Part shown: one piece after another, positions 9,574-23,204 of the stretch
Layout of the letters: every line of letters starts with the position of its first letter
Numbering within the stretch: position 1 is the first letter of the stretch
Assembly: GCA_963841435.1 (NCBI GenBank)
Contig: CAWJCS010000006.1
Span: 512,001-576,000 of the forward strand
Origin: an uncultured delta proteobacterium
GTDB taxonomy: Bacteria > Myxococcota_A > Polyangia > Polyangiales > Polyangiaceae
Direction of reading: 5' to 3'
Length of the DNA stretch: 64,000 nt
Notes under the pieces: generated by a model
What the model was told of the DNA's origin: nothing
Databases searched by the model: none
Seen by the model: only the letters and a program-made list of their open reading frames with translations
Translations under genes and position numbers: made by a program

Positions 9574-9755
9574 CCGGCGGCGAGGTCAACGCCGTTCGCT
9601 TCGCGCCTCCGGGGCGCGTGTCCCGTGGGACACGAAAGCGGGCACGGAGGCGACGGGTCGGGAGCCCCCGGGCGGCAGGTCGGGCCGAAAGCCGGCGACT
9701 TTGGCGGATTGCTCCCCGGGCACGGTCGTTGCTGACTCGGGCGTGGAGGCTTTCC

Positions 9756-12700
9756 TTGACCATTCTGCATCACCGGGGGCTCCGGCGGCCCCTGCTCGTG
9801 GCTCTCGTCGTGTCTCTCGCCGGAGCTTGCATGCAAGCGCAGAGGCCGGGCGACGTCGGCGCCGACGCCGTGCTCGGTCCGCGCGGCGAGCTCGCAGGAG
9901 CCGGCGACGAGGGGCCGTTTCGCGTCGTGTTCGCGGCGCCGCGCGGCGCCGCGAGCGACACGAGCGCGATCCACGTCGTCTTCAGTCGTTCGCTGCGCAC
10001 GCTCGGTGCCGAGGGCCAGCCTCCGCCCCGCATCGAGCTCTCGCCGCAGCTTCCGGGCCACTGGATGTGGATCGGAGGGCGCGCGCTCGGCTTCGAGCTC
10101 GACGAGGGGGCCACGTTGCCGGGTGCCACGGCGTTTCGCGTCGTGGTTCCCGCCGCAACGCGCGCGCTCGACGGCGCGACGCTCGGAGCGCCCTACGCGT
10201 TCGACTTCGAGACGCCACGGCCCTCCGTCGCGCGACACGCGCCCGACGGTGAGGGTGCGCTGCCGAGCGCCTCGCTCGAGCTTTTCATGACCCAGGCCGT
10301 CGAGCCCGCCGTGCTCGAACGTTCGCTCGAGCTCGTCGCGCTCGGTCACGGCCGCGAGCTCGCGTTGAAGTATCGGGTGGAGCGTCCCGAGCCGAGCCTG
10401 CCCAAGCGGCTGCGCGTGGTGTTCGACCACGCGCTGCCGCTCGACAGCACGATTCGCGCCACCGTGAAGAAGGGCCTGCGTGGAACGGAGGGTTCGCTGC
10501 CGACACTCGAAGATCAGTCGGTCGCCTTCAAAACCTACGGCCCGCTTCGCGTCTCCGACGCGGTCTGCAACGCGGACCGTGCGCACGCTTGCCGGCCCGG
10601 CAGCTCCCCGTCGCTCACGTTCTCGAATGACGTGACGTGGCGCGCGCTCAAGGCGGCGCTCAGCGTGAGCCCGCCGCTGCCGCTGCGCTTCGAGTCGTGG
10701 CAAGAAGACGCGGAGACGACGCGCTGGCTCTCGATCCCGGCGAGCTTTCCGGCGGGCAAGAGCGTCACGGTGCGCCTCGCCGCCGACCTCCGGGATCGCT
10801 TCGGCCAAGCGCTCGGGCAGCCCTACGCGCGCACGTTCCGCTACGGTGACTACGATCCACTGCTGGCGGTCGGGCTCGAAGGCGAAAATCTCGAGCCCGC
10901 GAGCAAGCTCGTCGTGCCCGTCGGGTCGGTCAATCTCTCGCGCTACGACATCGTGCGGGCGGGCGTCGGGCCGGCCGAGGTCCTGCGCCTCATCGAGGCG
11001 GGGCAAAAGCAACGCGGCCTTTCCACGCTCCTCGCGCTGCCCGGGGTACGGCGCGAGCCCGTTTCGCTCACCGTCGAGCGAAACGGCGTCATGGCGCGCG
11101 ACATCGAGCTCGGCGACCTTCTGCCGGGCGGGCGCGGCGCGTTCGCGCTTGCGGCACTTTCGCCGGATCCGCGCGTGGGTCAGCGAGAGCCGTCACTCGC
11201 GAAGGTGAGCGACCTCGGCATCACGGCGAAGCTCGGCGACGAAGGCTCGGTGGTGTGGGTGACGCGCCTGTCGAGCACGGCGCCCGTACCGAACGCCGAC
11301 GTCGAGATCTGGCGCAGCGGCAACCGCGTCGCGCGCTACAAGACCGACACCGACGGCATCGCGCGCGTCCCCGGGGGCGAGCTGACCCTGCTCCGTGATC
11401 GCTACGATTATCGTGAGAGCGCGATCGTGGTGGCGCGCTCCGGCTCCGATTGGACCTTCGAGTCGATCGCGAATCACCTGCCGGCGTGGCGCTTGCCGGT
11501 TTCGACGGATCTCTCCGCGAAAGCCCGGCGTTATGGGATGATTTTTACCGAGCGCGGGGTCTATCGGCCGGGCGACAACGTGTCGGTCAAGGGCATCGTG
11601 CGCGAGGAGGCGCGCACCGGCAACGCCATCCCCGCGCAGGCACCCTTCGAGGTGGCGCTTCGCTCACCGAACGGCGACGTGCTCGAGACCCGGCGCGTCA
11701 CGACGAGCCGCTACGGTACCTTTGCGCTCCAGTACCGCGTTCCGCCGAGCGGCGGTCTCGGCAACTACGAGGTGACGGCAGGGGCGCCCGCGCACGACCC
11801 GGGCGACGGGCCCGAGCTTTCGGGCTCGTTCGAGGTCGCCGAGTACCGGCCCGCGGAGTTCGAGGTCGGCGTGCGACCTCGAGCGGCCACGTACGTCTCG
11901 GGTGAGCGTGCCCGCTTCGAGCTCGCCGGAGACTACCTCTACGGTGCGCCGATGGCGGGCGCGAAGGTGCGCTACGTCTTCAGCCGCTCGGAAACGCAAT
12001 ATCCCGTTCCCGGCCTGGAAGACTTCGCGACCGACGCCGACGAGCTTTACGCCGACGAGCCGTACTCGCCGCTCGCGGCCGGCGAGCTCGGCCACGGGGA
12101 AGGGGAGCTCGATGCCACGGGCCGGCTCGTCGTCGAGCGCGATCTTTCGCTGCCCGAGCAGCGGGGTCCGGTGAGCGTGCTCGCGAGCGTCGAGGTGACC
12201 GACGCGAGCCAGCAGACAATCGGCGGGTCGGCGAGCGTGCTCGTGCACCCGGCGCGCTTCTACCTCGGGCTCGAGCGGCCCAAAGACTGGTTCTTCGACG
12301 CGCCGGGCGCCTTCGAAGCGCGGGTCCTCGCGGCCAAGCCGGACGGCACGCGGCTCTCGGGACAGCGCGTCGAGCTCGAGCTCGTGTCGCGGCGCTGGAC
12401 GCTCGCCCGCGAGGCCGTCCAGGGCGAAAACGCCCACGCCGTCTCCCGGCCCGTCGACAACGTCGTTTCGCGCTGCAGCGTCGTGACGGCGGCAGAGCCG
12501 AAAGGCTGCCGGCTCGCGGCGCCGCGCGGCGGCTACTACCTCGTGGTCGCGCGCGCGACCGACGACAAGCGCCGCCGCATCACCGCGGCGCTCGGCGTGT
12601 ACGGCATCGGAGGCGGAGCCGCCAGCTGGGCGGACGGCGATCGCGCGACGCTCGAGCTCGTCCCCAATCGACGAAAGTACGCGGTCGGCGACCGCGCCCG

Positions 12701-15414
12701 GATTCTCGTCAAATCGCCGTTCCCCGAGGCCGAAGCGCTCGTGACGATCGAGCGCCGCGGCGTCTACCGCGCCGAGCGCCACCGGCTCGTGGGGCCGACG
12801 CCCACGCTCGAGATCCCCATCACGGCCGACCTCCGCCCCAACGCGTACGTGGCCGTGCAGCTGTTGCGCGCGCGGCACGGCTCGCGGCCCGAGGCGCGCG
12901 TGGGGCCGAGCTATCGTGTCGGCTACGCCAATCTCGTCGTTGCGCCCGAGCTCCGGCGTCTCGAAGTCGCCGTCAAGCCGAGCGCGTCGCAGACGACGCC
13001 GGGCGCCGAGCTCTCGGTCAACCTCGCCGTCACCGACGCCGGGGGCAAGGCGCTGCCCGCCGAGCTCACGGTGTTCGCGGTGGACGAGGGCGTGCTGTCG
13101 CTCACGGGTTACCGGACGCCGGACCCGCTGCCGATCTTCACCGCTTCGCGCCCGCTCGGCGTGACGACGCTCGAGACGCGCGATGCGCTCGCCAAGCTCG
13201 GTCTCGGCGGGCTCGAAGGCATGCTCGGCATCGACAAGGGCGGCGACGGAGGCGGTGGCGGCGAGCTCGGAGCGCGCTCCGACTTCCGTCAGACCGCGTT
13301 CTTCGAGCCGAGCGTCGTGACCGACGCCAAGGGTCACGCACACGTCCACTTCAAGCTGCCGGAGAATCTCACGACCTATCGCGTCATGGCGACGGCCGTC
13401 AGCGACGACAATCGCTACGGCTACGGCGCCGCCCGCGTCACGGCGAGCAAGCGGCTCATGGCACGCCCGGCCCTGCCGCGCTTCGTGCGCGCCGGCGACC
13501 GTATCGAGGCCGGCGTGGTCGTCGCGAGCAAGGGCTTCGACCCGCACCGCGTGCGCGTGAGCGTCGAGGCGCGTGGGCTCGTGCTCGAGGGTGCCTCGAG
13601 CCGAGACGTCGAGCTTCGCGCCGACCAGGCGCGCGAGGTGACCTTCACGTTTCGAGCGGAGCGTGTCGGCAAGGCGAGCCTCGCGTTCCAGGTGAGCGGT
13701 GGCGGAGAAAAGGACGCGGTACGCGTCGAACGCAACGTGCTCGTGCCCGCTGCGCTCGAGACGGTCGCCGTCTACGGCAGCGTCAACGACCGGGCCGAGG
13801 AGCGGCTCGGCGCGCTCTCGAGCGTGCGCGACAACGTCGGCGGTCTCAACGTCTCGCTCGCGTCGTCGGTGCTCTCGGGGCTCTCCTTCGAGCTCTCCAA
13901 TCTTTTCGACTACCCCTACGCGTGCACCGAGCAGCTCGCGAGCCGGCTGCTCTCGCTCGTGCCCCTCGGCAATCTCGCGCGCGCGCTCGGCAAGGCGCGG
14001 CCCACGGGCGAGGCTCAACTCGTCGAACCGGAGCGTCGGCGAAATCCTGGCCCGGCAGCGCCCCGACGGGGGCTTCGGGATGTGGCCGGGCGCGGCCGAG
14101 AGCTCGCGCTGGGTCACGCCCTACGCGCTCTGGGTGCTTTCCGAGTCCGCGCGCCTCGGCGTGCGCGTCCCCAAGGCGCCGCTCGAACGAGCCCGCGCGT
14201 ACGTGCACGACGGCCTCGCGCGCCTCGTCGAGCAGGATCCCGCGACGGCCGCGTTCTCGCTCGACGTGCTCGCGATGCTCGGCGCGCCGGACGCGGGCTA
14301 CACGAGCCGGCTCCTCGAACGAGAGCGCGAGCTGCCCGTCTTCGCGCGCGGGCTACTCTTGCACTCGCTCGGCGTCGGCAAGCTGCCGGGCGCAAAAGGC
14401 CTGCTCGCGAGCGTCGAATCGGCGATCGCGCTCGTGGGGAACACGGCGCGCGTAGCGGAGAATCTCGGCAATCGCTACGCCGAGCTCATGGATTCACCCG
14501 CGCGCACCCAGGCCATCGTGCTCCGGGCCATCCTCGCGACGCGCCCCGAGCACGCGCTCGTTATGCCGCTCACGCGGGGTCTGCTCGCCGCGCGCGGCGC
14601 GACGGGTTACCGCTCGACGCAGGAGGCCGCGTTCGCGCTCGTGGCGCTCGATGCGTACCGGCGGGCGCGCGAGGCGGCGATGCCGCGCTTCGACGCGACC
14701 GTCCTGTTCGGCGACCGGCGCCTCGTGTCGCTCGCGGCGCGGGGCCCCGGCGTGCCCGCCGCGAGCGGCTCGGTGTCCCTCGCCGTGCTGCTCGCGAGCC
14801 CCGAGCGGACGCTCCGGTTCGAGAAGCACGGCACGGGCACGCTGAGCTACGAGGCGCGCCTCAGCTACGCTCCGCGCGACCTCCCCGCGGCGCCGCTGGA
14901 CCGGGGATTTTTCGTGAGCAAGGTGCAACGTCGTGTGCCGCCCGCAGCGCTCGGGACGCTCGAAAAGAGCGTGCCCCGGCGCGGCGATGCCGCCTTCGCG
15001 CGCTCGGACCTCGTCGTCACCGACCTCTTGGTCGTCGTGCCCCAGGTGCGCGAGTACGTCGTCATCGACGATCCGTTGCCCGCGGGCCTCGAGGCCATCG
15101 ATCCGTCGCTCGCCACGAACGTCGTGGGCTTGCCCGAGTCAAACGCCCCCACAGCGTGCACCGACTGCGACGAGGCCGACGAAGACGAAACCGCGCACCA
15201 GCGCGCCTACCGTGCGGCGCCGTACCGCACGGAGCTTCGCGACGATCGCACGCTGTTCTTCGTCAACCACATGCCGCCGGGCGTTTACCACTACCGCCAT
15301 CTTGCACGGGCCACGACGGGCGGGCGCTTCGTCGTGCCGCCCACGCGCGTTTCGGCGATGTACGAGCCCGAGGTGTATGGGCGTACGGCCGGGGCCGTCG
15401 TGGAGGTGCGCTGA
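9756..15414 (+). CDS. Bacterial alpha-2-macroglobulin lipoprotein (one +1 frameshift at ~14028)
   Basis: TTG start after GGAGG, lipobox LAGAC, FTERGVYRPGD, EYRPAEFEV, AVDEGVL, RSDFRQTAF, LPENLTTYR, thioester motif YACTEQ. The second frame continues with QRPDGGFGMW, YRSTQE, DDPLPAGLE and AMYEPEVYGRT. About 1885 aa if one C is removed. Confidence 0.9.
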
Positions 15415-17838
15415 TGCGCGCCACGCGCTGGGTGTTCGGGCGGGTCGTGCCGGGCGGCGCGGCGCTCGGCACGGGCCTTCGGCGTGCGGCCGTCGTGGGG
15501 CTCGCCGTGCTTCTCTCGCTCGCGCTCGCGCTCGTCGTCGCGGTGGCAAGAAAGCCGCTTCCCGCGGCTCTTTCCGCGCGCGGCGACGTGAGCCTCCGCA
15601 TCACCGACCGCGGCGGTCGGCTGCTCTACGAGGCGCGCACGCGTGACGGCCGGCTCGCGGGGCGCGTGCGGCTTTCCGAGCTCTCACCCTGGGTGGTGCC
15701 GGCGCTGGTCGCTGCCGAAGATCGTCGCTTCTATGCGCACCCGGGGGTCAATCCGCTCTCGATGCTGCGCGCGTTCGCTCAGCTCGTCGCCGAGCGGCGC
15801 CTCGTGTCGGGCGCGAGCACCCTGACGCAGCAGCTAGCGCGCGCGGTCGAGCCGCATCCACGAAACGCGCTCGGCAAGCTGTCGGAGATCGTCACGGCAC
15901 TCAGAATCGAGCGGGAGCTCGACAAGCGGGCCATCGTCGAGGAGTACCTCGGTCGCGTCGAGTTCGGTCCGGGCGTGCTCGGTATCGAAGCGGCGAGCCG
16001 CCGCTACTTCGACAAGCCGTCGAGCGCGCTCGACCTCTCGGAGGCCGCGACGCTCGTCGCGCTGCCGCGCGGTCCGACCTACTACGACCCGTCGCGCCGC
16101 CCCGCTCGACTCGACGAGCGCCGCCGCCGCATCCTCGGCAAAATGCGCGATTTCGGCCTTGCCGACGCTCGCGCCGTCGAGCGCGCCCTCCTTTTGCCCA
16201 TCACGCTTTCGCCTGCCGAGCGGGGCCTCGGGCCGAGCCAGATCGTGCTCTCCGTGGCGCGCGCGGCGCGCGGCGAGCTCTCCGCCCAGGGTCCCGTCGA
16301 GCGCATCGAGACGACGCTCGACCGGGGGTTACAAGAAGAGGCCGTTGCGCTCGCGCGGCGTGCAGTCAATCGCGCGAGCGACCACGCCGTCGGCGCCGCC
16401 GCGGTGCTCGTCGTCAACAATGCGAGCTCGGACGTGCTCGCGTACGTCGGCTCTCCCGATTTCTTCGACAGCGAGGCGCTTGGACAGAACGACGGCGTGC
16501 GAGCGCTCCGCCAAGCCGGCTCGACGCTCAAGCCTTTCCTGTACGCCCTGGCGCTCGAACGCCGCACGATCACCGCGGCGTCGCTCCTGCCCGATCTGCC
16601 GCTCGCGCTCGCCACGGACAAGGGCACGTTTTCTCCCGAAAACTACGACCGTCGTGCGCATGGCCCCGTCCGCGCCCGCGAAGCGCTGGCGAGCTCCTTC
16701 AACCTTCCGGCCGTCGCGCTGACGAACCGTCTCGGTGTGGAGCGCTCACTCGACGCGCTCCGGCGCATGGGGTTCTCGTCGCTCGTTCGCCCTGCCGCCG
16801 ACTACGGCGCGGCCCTCGCGCTCGGTGACGGCGAGATCCGGCTCGTGGAGCTTGCGCGCGCCTACGCCATGCTCGCGCGAGGCGGCGTGCTCGTGCCCGA
16901 GCGGGTCGTCACCGCGACGGTGGGGCCCGGCGGGCTGCGCCGCGCGCTGCCGCGGTCCGAGGGTGAGCGCGTGCTCGATGCCCGCGTCGCCGCGATCGTC
17001 ACCGACGTGCTGTCCGATCCCCTCCGCCCGGGCGCCGGGCTTTGGGCGCGGAAGCGCGCTCGAGCTGCCGTTTCCCGTGGCTGTCAAGACGGGAACCTCC
17101 AAGGGTTATCGTGACAACTGGACCGTCGGCTACACGCGCGAGGTCACGGTCGCCGTGTGGGTCGGCAACTTCGACGGCGCGCCGATGGTGAGATCCTCGG
17201 GGGTCACGGGCGCCGGCCCCTTGTTTCACGACGTCATGCTGGCAGCGATGCGGGGTCGCGTCCCGGGGCCGCTCGTCGACCTGGATGGGCTCGTGTCCGT
17301 CGAGGTGTGCGCGCTGAGCGGTGAGCGACCCGGCCCGGCGTGCGATCACCGCGAGCAGGAGCTGTTCGTGGCCGGCACCGAGCCGCACGAGCGCTGCTCG
17401 CTGCACGAGCGCGTGTGGGTCGACTCACGCGACGGCGGCCGCTCGGCGCCCGGTTGCCCGGACGCCGAGGAGCGCACGTTCGAGCGTTACCCGTCGGAGT
17501 ATGCGGCTTGGGCCGAGCGCACCGGGCGACCCCTCGCGCCACGCGCGTCGTCGCCGCGCTGTTCTCGCGTCTCGGGCCCTCGGGAGCCCGCTTCGGTCAG
17601 CATCGTGTACCCGCACGCCGGCACGAGCTTCCGGCTCGATCCGGCGCTAAAACGGCAGGAGATCGTGCTCGAAGCGCGCGCGCCGGCCACGGCGCGCGTG
17701 CGCTACGTGCTCGACGGGCGTCCGCTCGCCACGGTGGACGCGCCGTTCCGGCTGGTCTGGGCCCTCGAGCCCGGGGTGCACCGGCTCGAAGCCGAAAGTG
17801 CCGGCGCGACGGCGAGCGCCGGATTCAGCGTGGAGTGA
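15414..17838 (+). CDS. pbpC: Penicillin-binding protein 1C (one +1 frameshift at ~17020)
   Basis: Transglycosylase motifs EDRRFYAHPGV and GASTLTQQLAR; transpeptidase motifs GSTLKPF, SFN and KTGTS (the last in the second frame); C-terminal BiPBP-like domain. Start overlaps the A2M stop (TGATG). Confidence 0.9.
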
Positions 17839-17848
17839 GCTCGGGGCG

Positions 17849-20800
17849 CTAGCCCGAAACGCCGGCGCGGGCGCGCGCCTCGGCATACTGCTCGCTCACC
17901 GTGAAGATCATGAGGTCGCGCGCCTCGGCGTTGCGCGCGATCCAGCGTAGGCGATCGGGGCCATCGGCGGGCAGCTCGACGTTCGCGGCGAGGGACAGCG
18001 CCCGGAGCGCCGTGAGCGGGCTGCCCACGGCGACGAGCGCGGTGCGATTCGCCCATTGATTGAGCGCGGTCGCGAGCTGGCTCGAGCGACTGCCCATGCT
18101 GCCCACGACCTCGAGGGCGAGCATCGCGACGTCGGGCGGGAAGGGCCCTTGCACGGCGGACTTGATGCGCTTCTGCGCGTCGCCGAGCCGCTTCGGGTCG
18201 ATGCCCTCGGGCGTGTAGGAAGCGAGCGTCGAGAGGTACGCGGCGACGACGGGACCGAGATCGGTCGGCACGGTGCGCGCGAGCGTCGCCGCACGCACCT
18301 GCACGAGCTTCAGCGCGCGGACGAGCAAGAAGTAGCGTGTCGAGTCGTCGCCCTTCTCGAGCAGGCTCGCACCGCACACGATTTGCGGGGGCACCGAGCG
18401 CGCCGCGAGGCAGGTGGCGCCGAGCACCGGCGACACGAGCACTTCGATGTTGTGCACGCCAAACGCGGGTCCGAGGTCGGCGATCTGGCTACCGAGTGCG
18501 GCCGCCTCGACCGGCAGCGGCGCCGCGCGCAGCGTGCGCGGATCGAGCGAGTAGGCCGCGTCGAGGATCTCACCCGTCTGCCGCAAGAGCGCCCGCAGCG
18601 CCGGGCTCGCGAGCTCGGGTGCCAGAAGGTCGTCGAGCTCGGGTGCCGCTGCGCCTGCCGAGGCGCCGTGCACGGGGAACGGCTGCCCAGCGAGCGCCGA
18701 AAGCGTCGCGTCCGCGACGAGCGCGGCGTCGGGCGCGCCCCTCGAAATCCGCCACCGTCCCGAGCACTTCGAACTGGTTGGGCTCGAAACGGCCCGTGCC
18801 GAGCGCGCGCCGCGCGTCCGTCGCCGCGCGATCGAGGAGCAACTGAGCGGCCCGCTGTTCCCCGCCACGCCGGTGATACTCGACGAGCGCACGCAGCACG
18901 GTGACGTCCTGTGGCCACTCCTTGCGCGCCCGCTCGAACGTGGTGTCCGCCAGCTTCTTGTCGCGTGCGATCTGTTCGTAGACGAAGCCGAGCGCGAGCG
19001 TCCGATCCCGCTTGTCTTGAGGCGTCGTGGCGCGCGCCAGGAGCCCCTGCGTGAGCTCGATCGCTCGTTCGGGTTGATTCAGCTTCGCGGTGACGCGCAC
19101 GAGCTGTTCGACGGCGGCCGCGTCGTCGGGCTCGCGCTTGAGCACCTCCTGGTAGGCGAGGTCGGCGCGCTCGGGATTCGGCAGGTGCGTGTCGTAGAGC
19201 TCGCCGAGCTTTCGGTAGATCTGCGCCTGGCGCGTGGGCTCGGGCGTGTGGCGCACCAGACGAATCAGCGCCTGCTCGGCCGCGGACCAGTCGCCCTCGG
19301 CACTCGAGAGCTCCGCCAGCGCCTCGAGCGCACCGGAGTGCTCCGGGTTCGCGTCGAGCGCGGCGGTGAGCGCGGCCTTGGCCGCCGTGTGCTCACCCAC
19401 GCCGGCAAGCAGACGCCCCCGTTGCACCTCGAGCGCGACGCGCTCCTCGGTGTCGGCCGCGAGCTCGATGCGCCGCTCGAGCAAGCTCGCGAGCGCCTGG
19501 CGGTCGCCCTGCTGGATCAGGAGCTGCTGCAGGCGCGTGATGGCATCCTCGTGCCCCGGATCGAGCTCGATGACGCGCTCGAGTGCAGCACGGCCGCGTT
19601 CGAGGTCCTCGACCCTGTCGAGCCAGAGCGTCGCGGCCTGGTGCCACGCCCCGACGCGATGCGCGCTGATCGAGCTCGACTCGGCGGTGAGCTCGGCCGC
19701 GCGCGCCGCGCCCGCGTAGTCGCGCAGGCCCTCGAGCACCTCGGAGAGGGTCGTGAGACCGACGAGATGGTCGGGGACTCGCTCGAGGCACGCGTCGAGC
19801 AGGGCCTTGGCTTCCTCGAGGCGACCGAGCCTCGTGGCGGCTTCGGCTGCGCGGAGTGCGAGCGTCGCCTGGTCGAGGGCGAGCTCCTCGATCTCGAGCA
19901 GCTTCTGGTAGAGGGCGAGCGCGCGGTCGGGCTCGTCGCTGGCGCGCGCGTGGGCCGCGAGTGCGCGCAGCGCCCACAGCGAGGACGCGTCGCGACTCAA
20001 CGCGAGCTCGGCGAGCTCGCGGCGCCCCGCCCAGTCACCCGCCTTGAGCCGCAGGCGCCCGGCCATGCGGGCGTGGGCGATGCCCTCCGCTTCGGGCAGC
20101 GCCCGCGCGAGAGCCGCTGTGACGGGCTCGAGATCCTCGTCGCTCCCGGCGCTGCCGTAGGCCCGGACGAGCTGGCGCAGGGCGGGCAGGTAGCTCGGGC
20201 TGTGCTCGAGAATCGCGCTCTGCCAGAGCGTCACGCTGGCGCTGTCGCCGCGCTCGCGGTCGAGCTCGCTGAGTTGCTCGTAGAGCTCACGCTCCGTCAC
20301 GGGGTCGCTCGCGCTGCGCGCGCGCTCGAGGAGGCTCGCCGAGACGCGCGAGGCCTCCGCGGTACCGGCCGCGGTGCGCGTGGCCGTCAGCGCCGCGAGG
20401 GCGCCGCCCGATTCCGCGGCGATCCGCGCGGTGCGCGCCGCTGCCTCCCGATCGCCGGCGCGCTCGTACTCGAAGGCGGCCTGCAAAAGAAGCAGCGAGC
20501 GCGTCGGCTCGGTCGCGTGCGTTGCCGCGGCTTCCCGCCACTCGCCGCGCTCGGAGCCCGAGCCCGCGGGGCTCATGCGCTCGCACAGCTCGCGTAGCCC
20601 GATGTCGCCCGGGTGCGTCGCGATCGCCGAAAGGAGCAGATCGGCGGCGGCGGACGGTGCCGAGTCCGCCGTCAAAAGAGCGTCTCGAACGGAGTCGAGC
20701 GCGCGCTCCACGTCGTCCGTCGTGACCTCGCGCCGCGCGCGCAACCACTTCACCAGACGCTCCACGTCACCGAGCGTGCGCGCGTGCTGCTCGCCGAGCC

Positions 20801-23204
20801 GATACGCGAGCGAGATCGTCGGGTCGAGCGCGATGGCGCGTTCCAGCCACGTGTCAACGTCCGCGGGATCGCGGAGCTCGCTGCGGATCGTCGCCTCGAC
20901 GAGCGAGAGCGCGGCGTGCGTCGAATCCTCGCAGGCTTCGGCGAGGCGCACGAGCGCCGCGCTCGCCTCCTGGGCATCGAGCGTCGCGAGCCGCGCGCGC
21001 AGCGGTGCCTCGAAGCTCGCGTCGAGATCCGTCGCCTCACGGTAGGCATCGCGTGCTGCGCTCTCGTTGGAGCCGAGCTCGGAGAGCAGCGCCCGCAGCA
21101 GCGCTCGATCGCGCGCCGACGGCTGATTCGGCCCCGGCGTGCCCCATTCGCCGAGCGCCTCGCCCACGCGCTCGGCGGCGCTCGCGAGCACGAGGAGCTC
21201 GATGTCGAGCACGCGCGACAGCGCATGGTCGGCGTGCTCGGCACGGAAGCCGTCCACCGACGCGAGCAGCGCCATCGCAGAATTTTCGGCGCCGGCCTGC
21301 GAAAGCGCGCGACCGAGCGCTGCCTCGCTGCGCGACGTCTCGTTGCCGGCTTCGCCGCTCGGTCGACCGGACGTTGCGAGAACGGCGGCCCTGAGGGGAG
21401 CAAAGGTCTCGCCCTCCAGGGCCTCGACGCGGCTCCCGAGCGCTTCGCCGGTCGCGCCCGTGAGCGCGGCGAGCACGAGTCGATCCTCGGGCGTGAAGGC
21501 GTCATCGCTTGCCGCCAGCGCCTGTTCGAGCAGCGCGGCGTCACCGAGCTCGAGCGCTCGCGCGGCGAGGCTGCGGCGCGCGGCACGCTGATCGGGGCCT
21601 TCTGTCAGGGCTTGCAGCCGGTTCCCGCCGTCCGCGCGGGTCGCCGGATCGTGGATGAGTAGCGCCGCGGAGAGCCACGCCGAGGCGCCGGCGAGCCCCG
21701 CGACCTCGCCGACCTCGGAGAGCGCGGCGGCGGCCCCGGCGCGATCCCCCTGCGACAGGGCGCGGCGAGCGATCGCGAAGGCAGCGGCTCCCGTGCGGTC
21801 GGCCGGCTCCCCGACGCCGCTCCGGAGGGCCACGATTCGGCGCAGTGCCCTCGCGATGGGCAAGAGCTCCGGCTCGTCGGGCAGCGTTTCTGTGGGCGCT
21901 GCGGCGGATTCGCCGAGGGCCCGCGAGAGCCGCGCCAGATGCCCACGAGGATCGTTCGGCTGCGCGCTCACCGCGAGCTCGAGCCTCTGCTGCGCCGCGG
22001 CGTCGTCGCCGAGGCAGAGCCGGTGCACCTCCGCGTCGAGGAACGCTGCGTGCGAGCGAGCCTCCGGCGTGGAGGCGCTGCGAAGCTCGAGCTCGAGCGT
22101 GCTCGCGACGGTCTTCCAGTCACCTCCGGCGGCGGAAAGCCAGCGGAGCTGCCGCCCCGCGACGGCGCCTCGTCCCGCGGCGCTCGCGTCCTGCGCGGCT
22201 CGGCGGGCGCGCTCGAGATCGCCGGCGATCGCCCAGATTTCGCTCGCCACGACCAGCGCACGCGAGCGGCTCGCCGGATCGGAAATGCGGCGCGCTTCCG
22301 TCTCCATCCATTCGGCGCGCAGCACCCACTCGTCGGCATGACCCGGCTGTGGGACGAGCGGCGCCGGTGCGCCCGGCGGTGCCACGGAGGCCGGTAGCGA
22401 GGGAGCCGGCACCGATATGCGGCGGGGCGCGGCGACGGGTGGCGCGCGCACGGCGGGTGCCGACCCGAGCACCGGAACCGGCGGAGGCTCGGGGGCAATG
22501 CGCGCGGGAGCAGGCTCGCTGGCGGAGGGCGGGCTCAGGCTCTCGAGCTCTTCGAGCGCCGCGATCTCCGCGTTGCTGAGCGACGTGCGCTGGCTCTCCG
22601 GCGCTTCGTCTGGTTCCTCGTCGATGCGGAAGTTCGGAGGCGGTGGAGCAGTCGGCGCGGCTTCCACCGGTGAGGGCGAGCGCCCGAACGCGCTCGGCGA
22701 ACCTGGCCGCGGTGGCTTGACGCGTGTCGTCGGTGCGGGCGTGGCACTTCCCGGCCGCGGCACGGCGGGCGGTGACCGGAGCCCCGGCGCCGGAGGCCTC
22801 CCGGCCGCGGGTGGCTGCATGAGCGGCGTGCGCGCGGTGGTGTCGCGCTCGGCCAGCTTCGGCAGCCTCGGTAGCGGGGGAGCGGCGAGGCCGCCTTTCG
22901 ACGGCGAGTCGAACATCTCGCGCGGTCCGACGAGCGTCACTTCGTCGTCGGGGTAGCTCGGTCGGAAGGTTTCGCGATCCTCCGCATCGAGCGGCTCGGG
23001 CTCGATCGACTCCGGGGGCTCGGATTTTGCCGGTGGGGGCGGCGGCGCCGTGCGAGGAGCATCGTCGTCCATCAAGGAGTCGAGCAGGGCATCGGGCTCG
23101 AAGTCGAGATCGCCGCCCAAGGCCTTGCCGATCGTGCCGGGGGTACCGCTCGCGCCCGCACCGGGGCGCGGCGGTCGCGTGCCGCGGTCGTCCGAATCAC
23201 TCAT
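17849..23204 (-). CDS. Giant TPR protein with Pro-rich N-terminus and a degenerate M48-peptidase-like C-terminal domain (one +1 frameshift at ~18740)
   Basis: ORF 18570..23798 from MSDSDDRG (ATG 23204, overlapping the upstream stop) joins ORF 17849..18892. TPR-like units such as AALDANPEHSGALEAL and VIELDPGHEDA. About 1784 aa. Confidence 0.75.

Noticed and set aside
9618-17114. 2498-aa ORF appearing to fuse alpha-2-macroglobulin to PBP1C
   Set aside because: Artefact of the +1 shift at ~14028. The middle ~460 aa are off-frame Arg-rich sequence, the true A2M C-terminus is in ORF 13699..15414, and pbpC has its own ATG at 15414.
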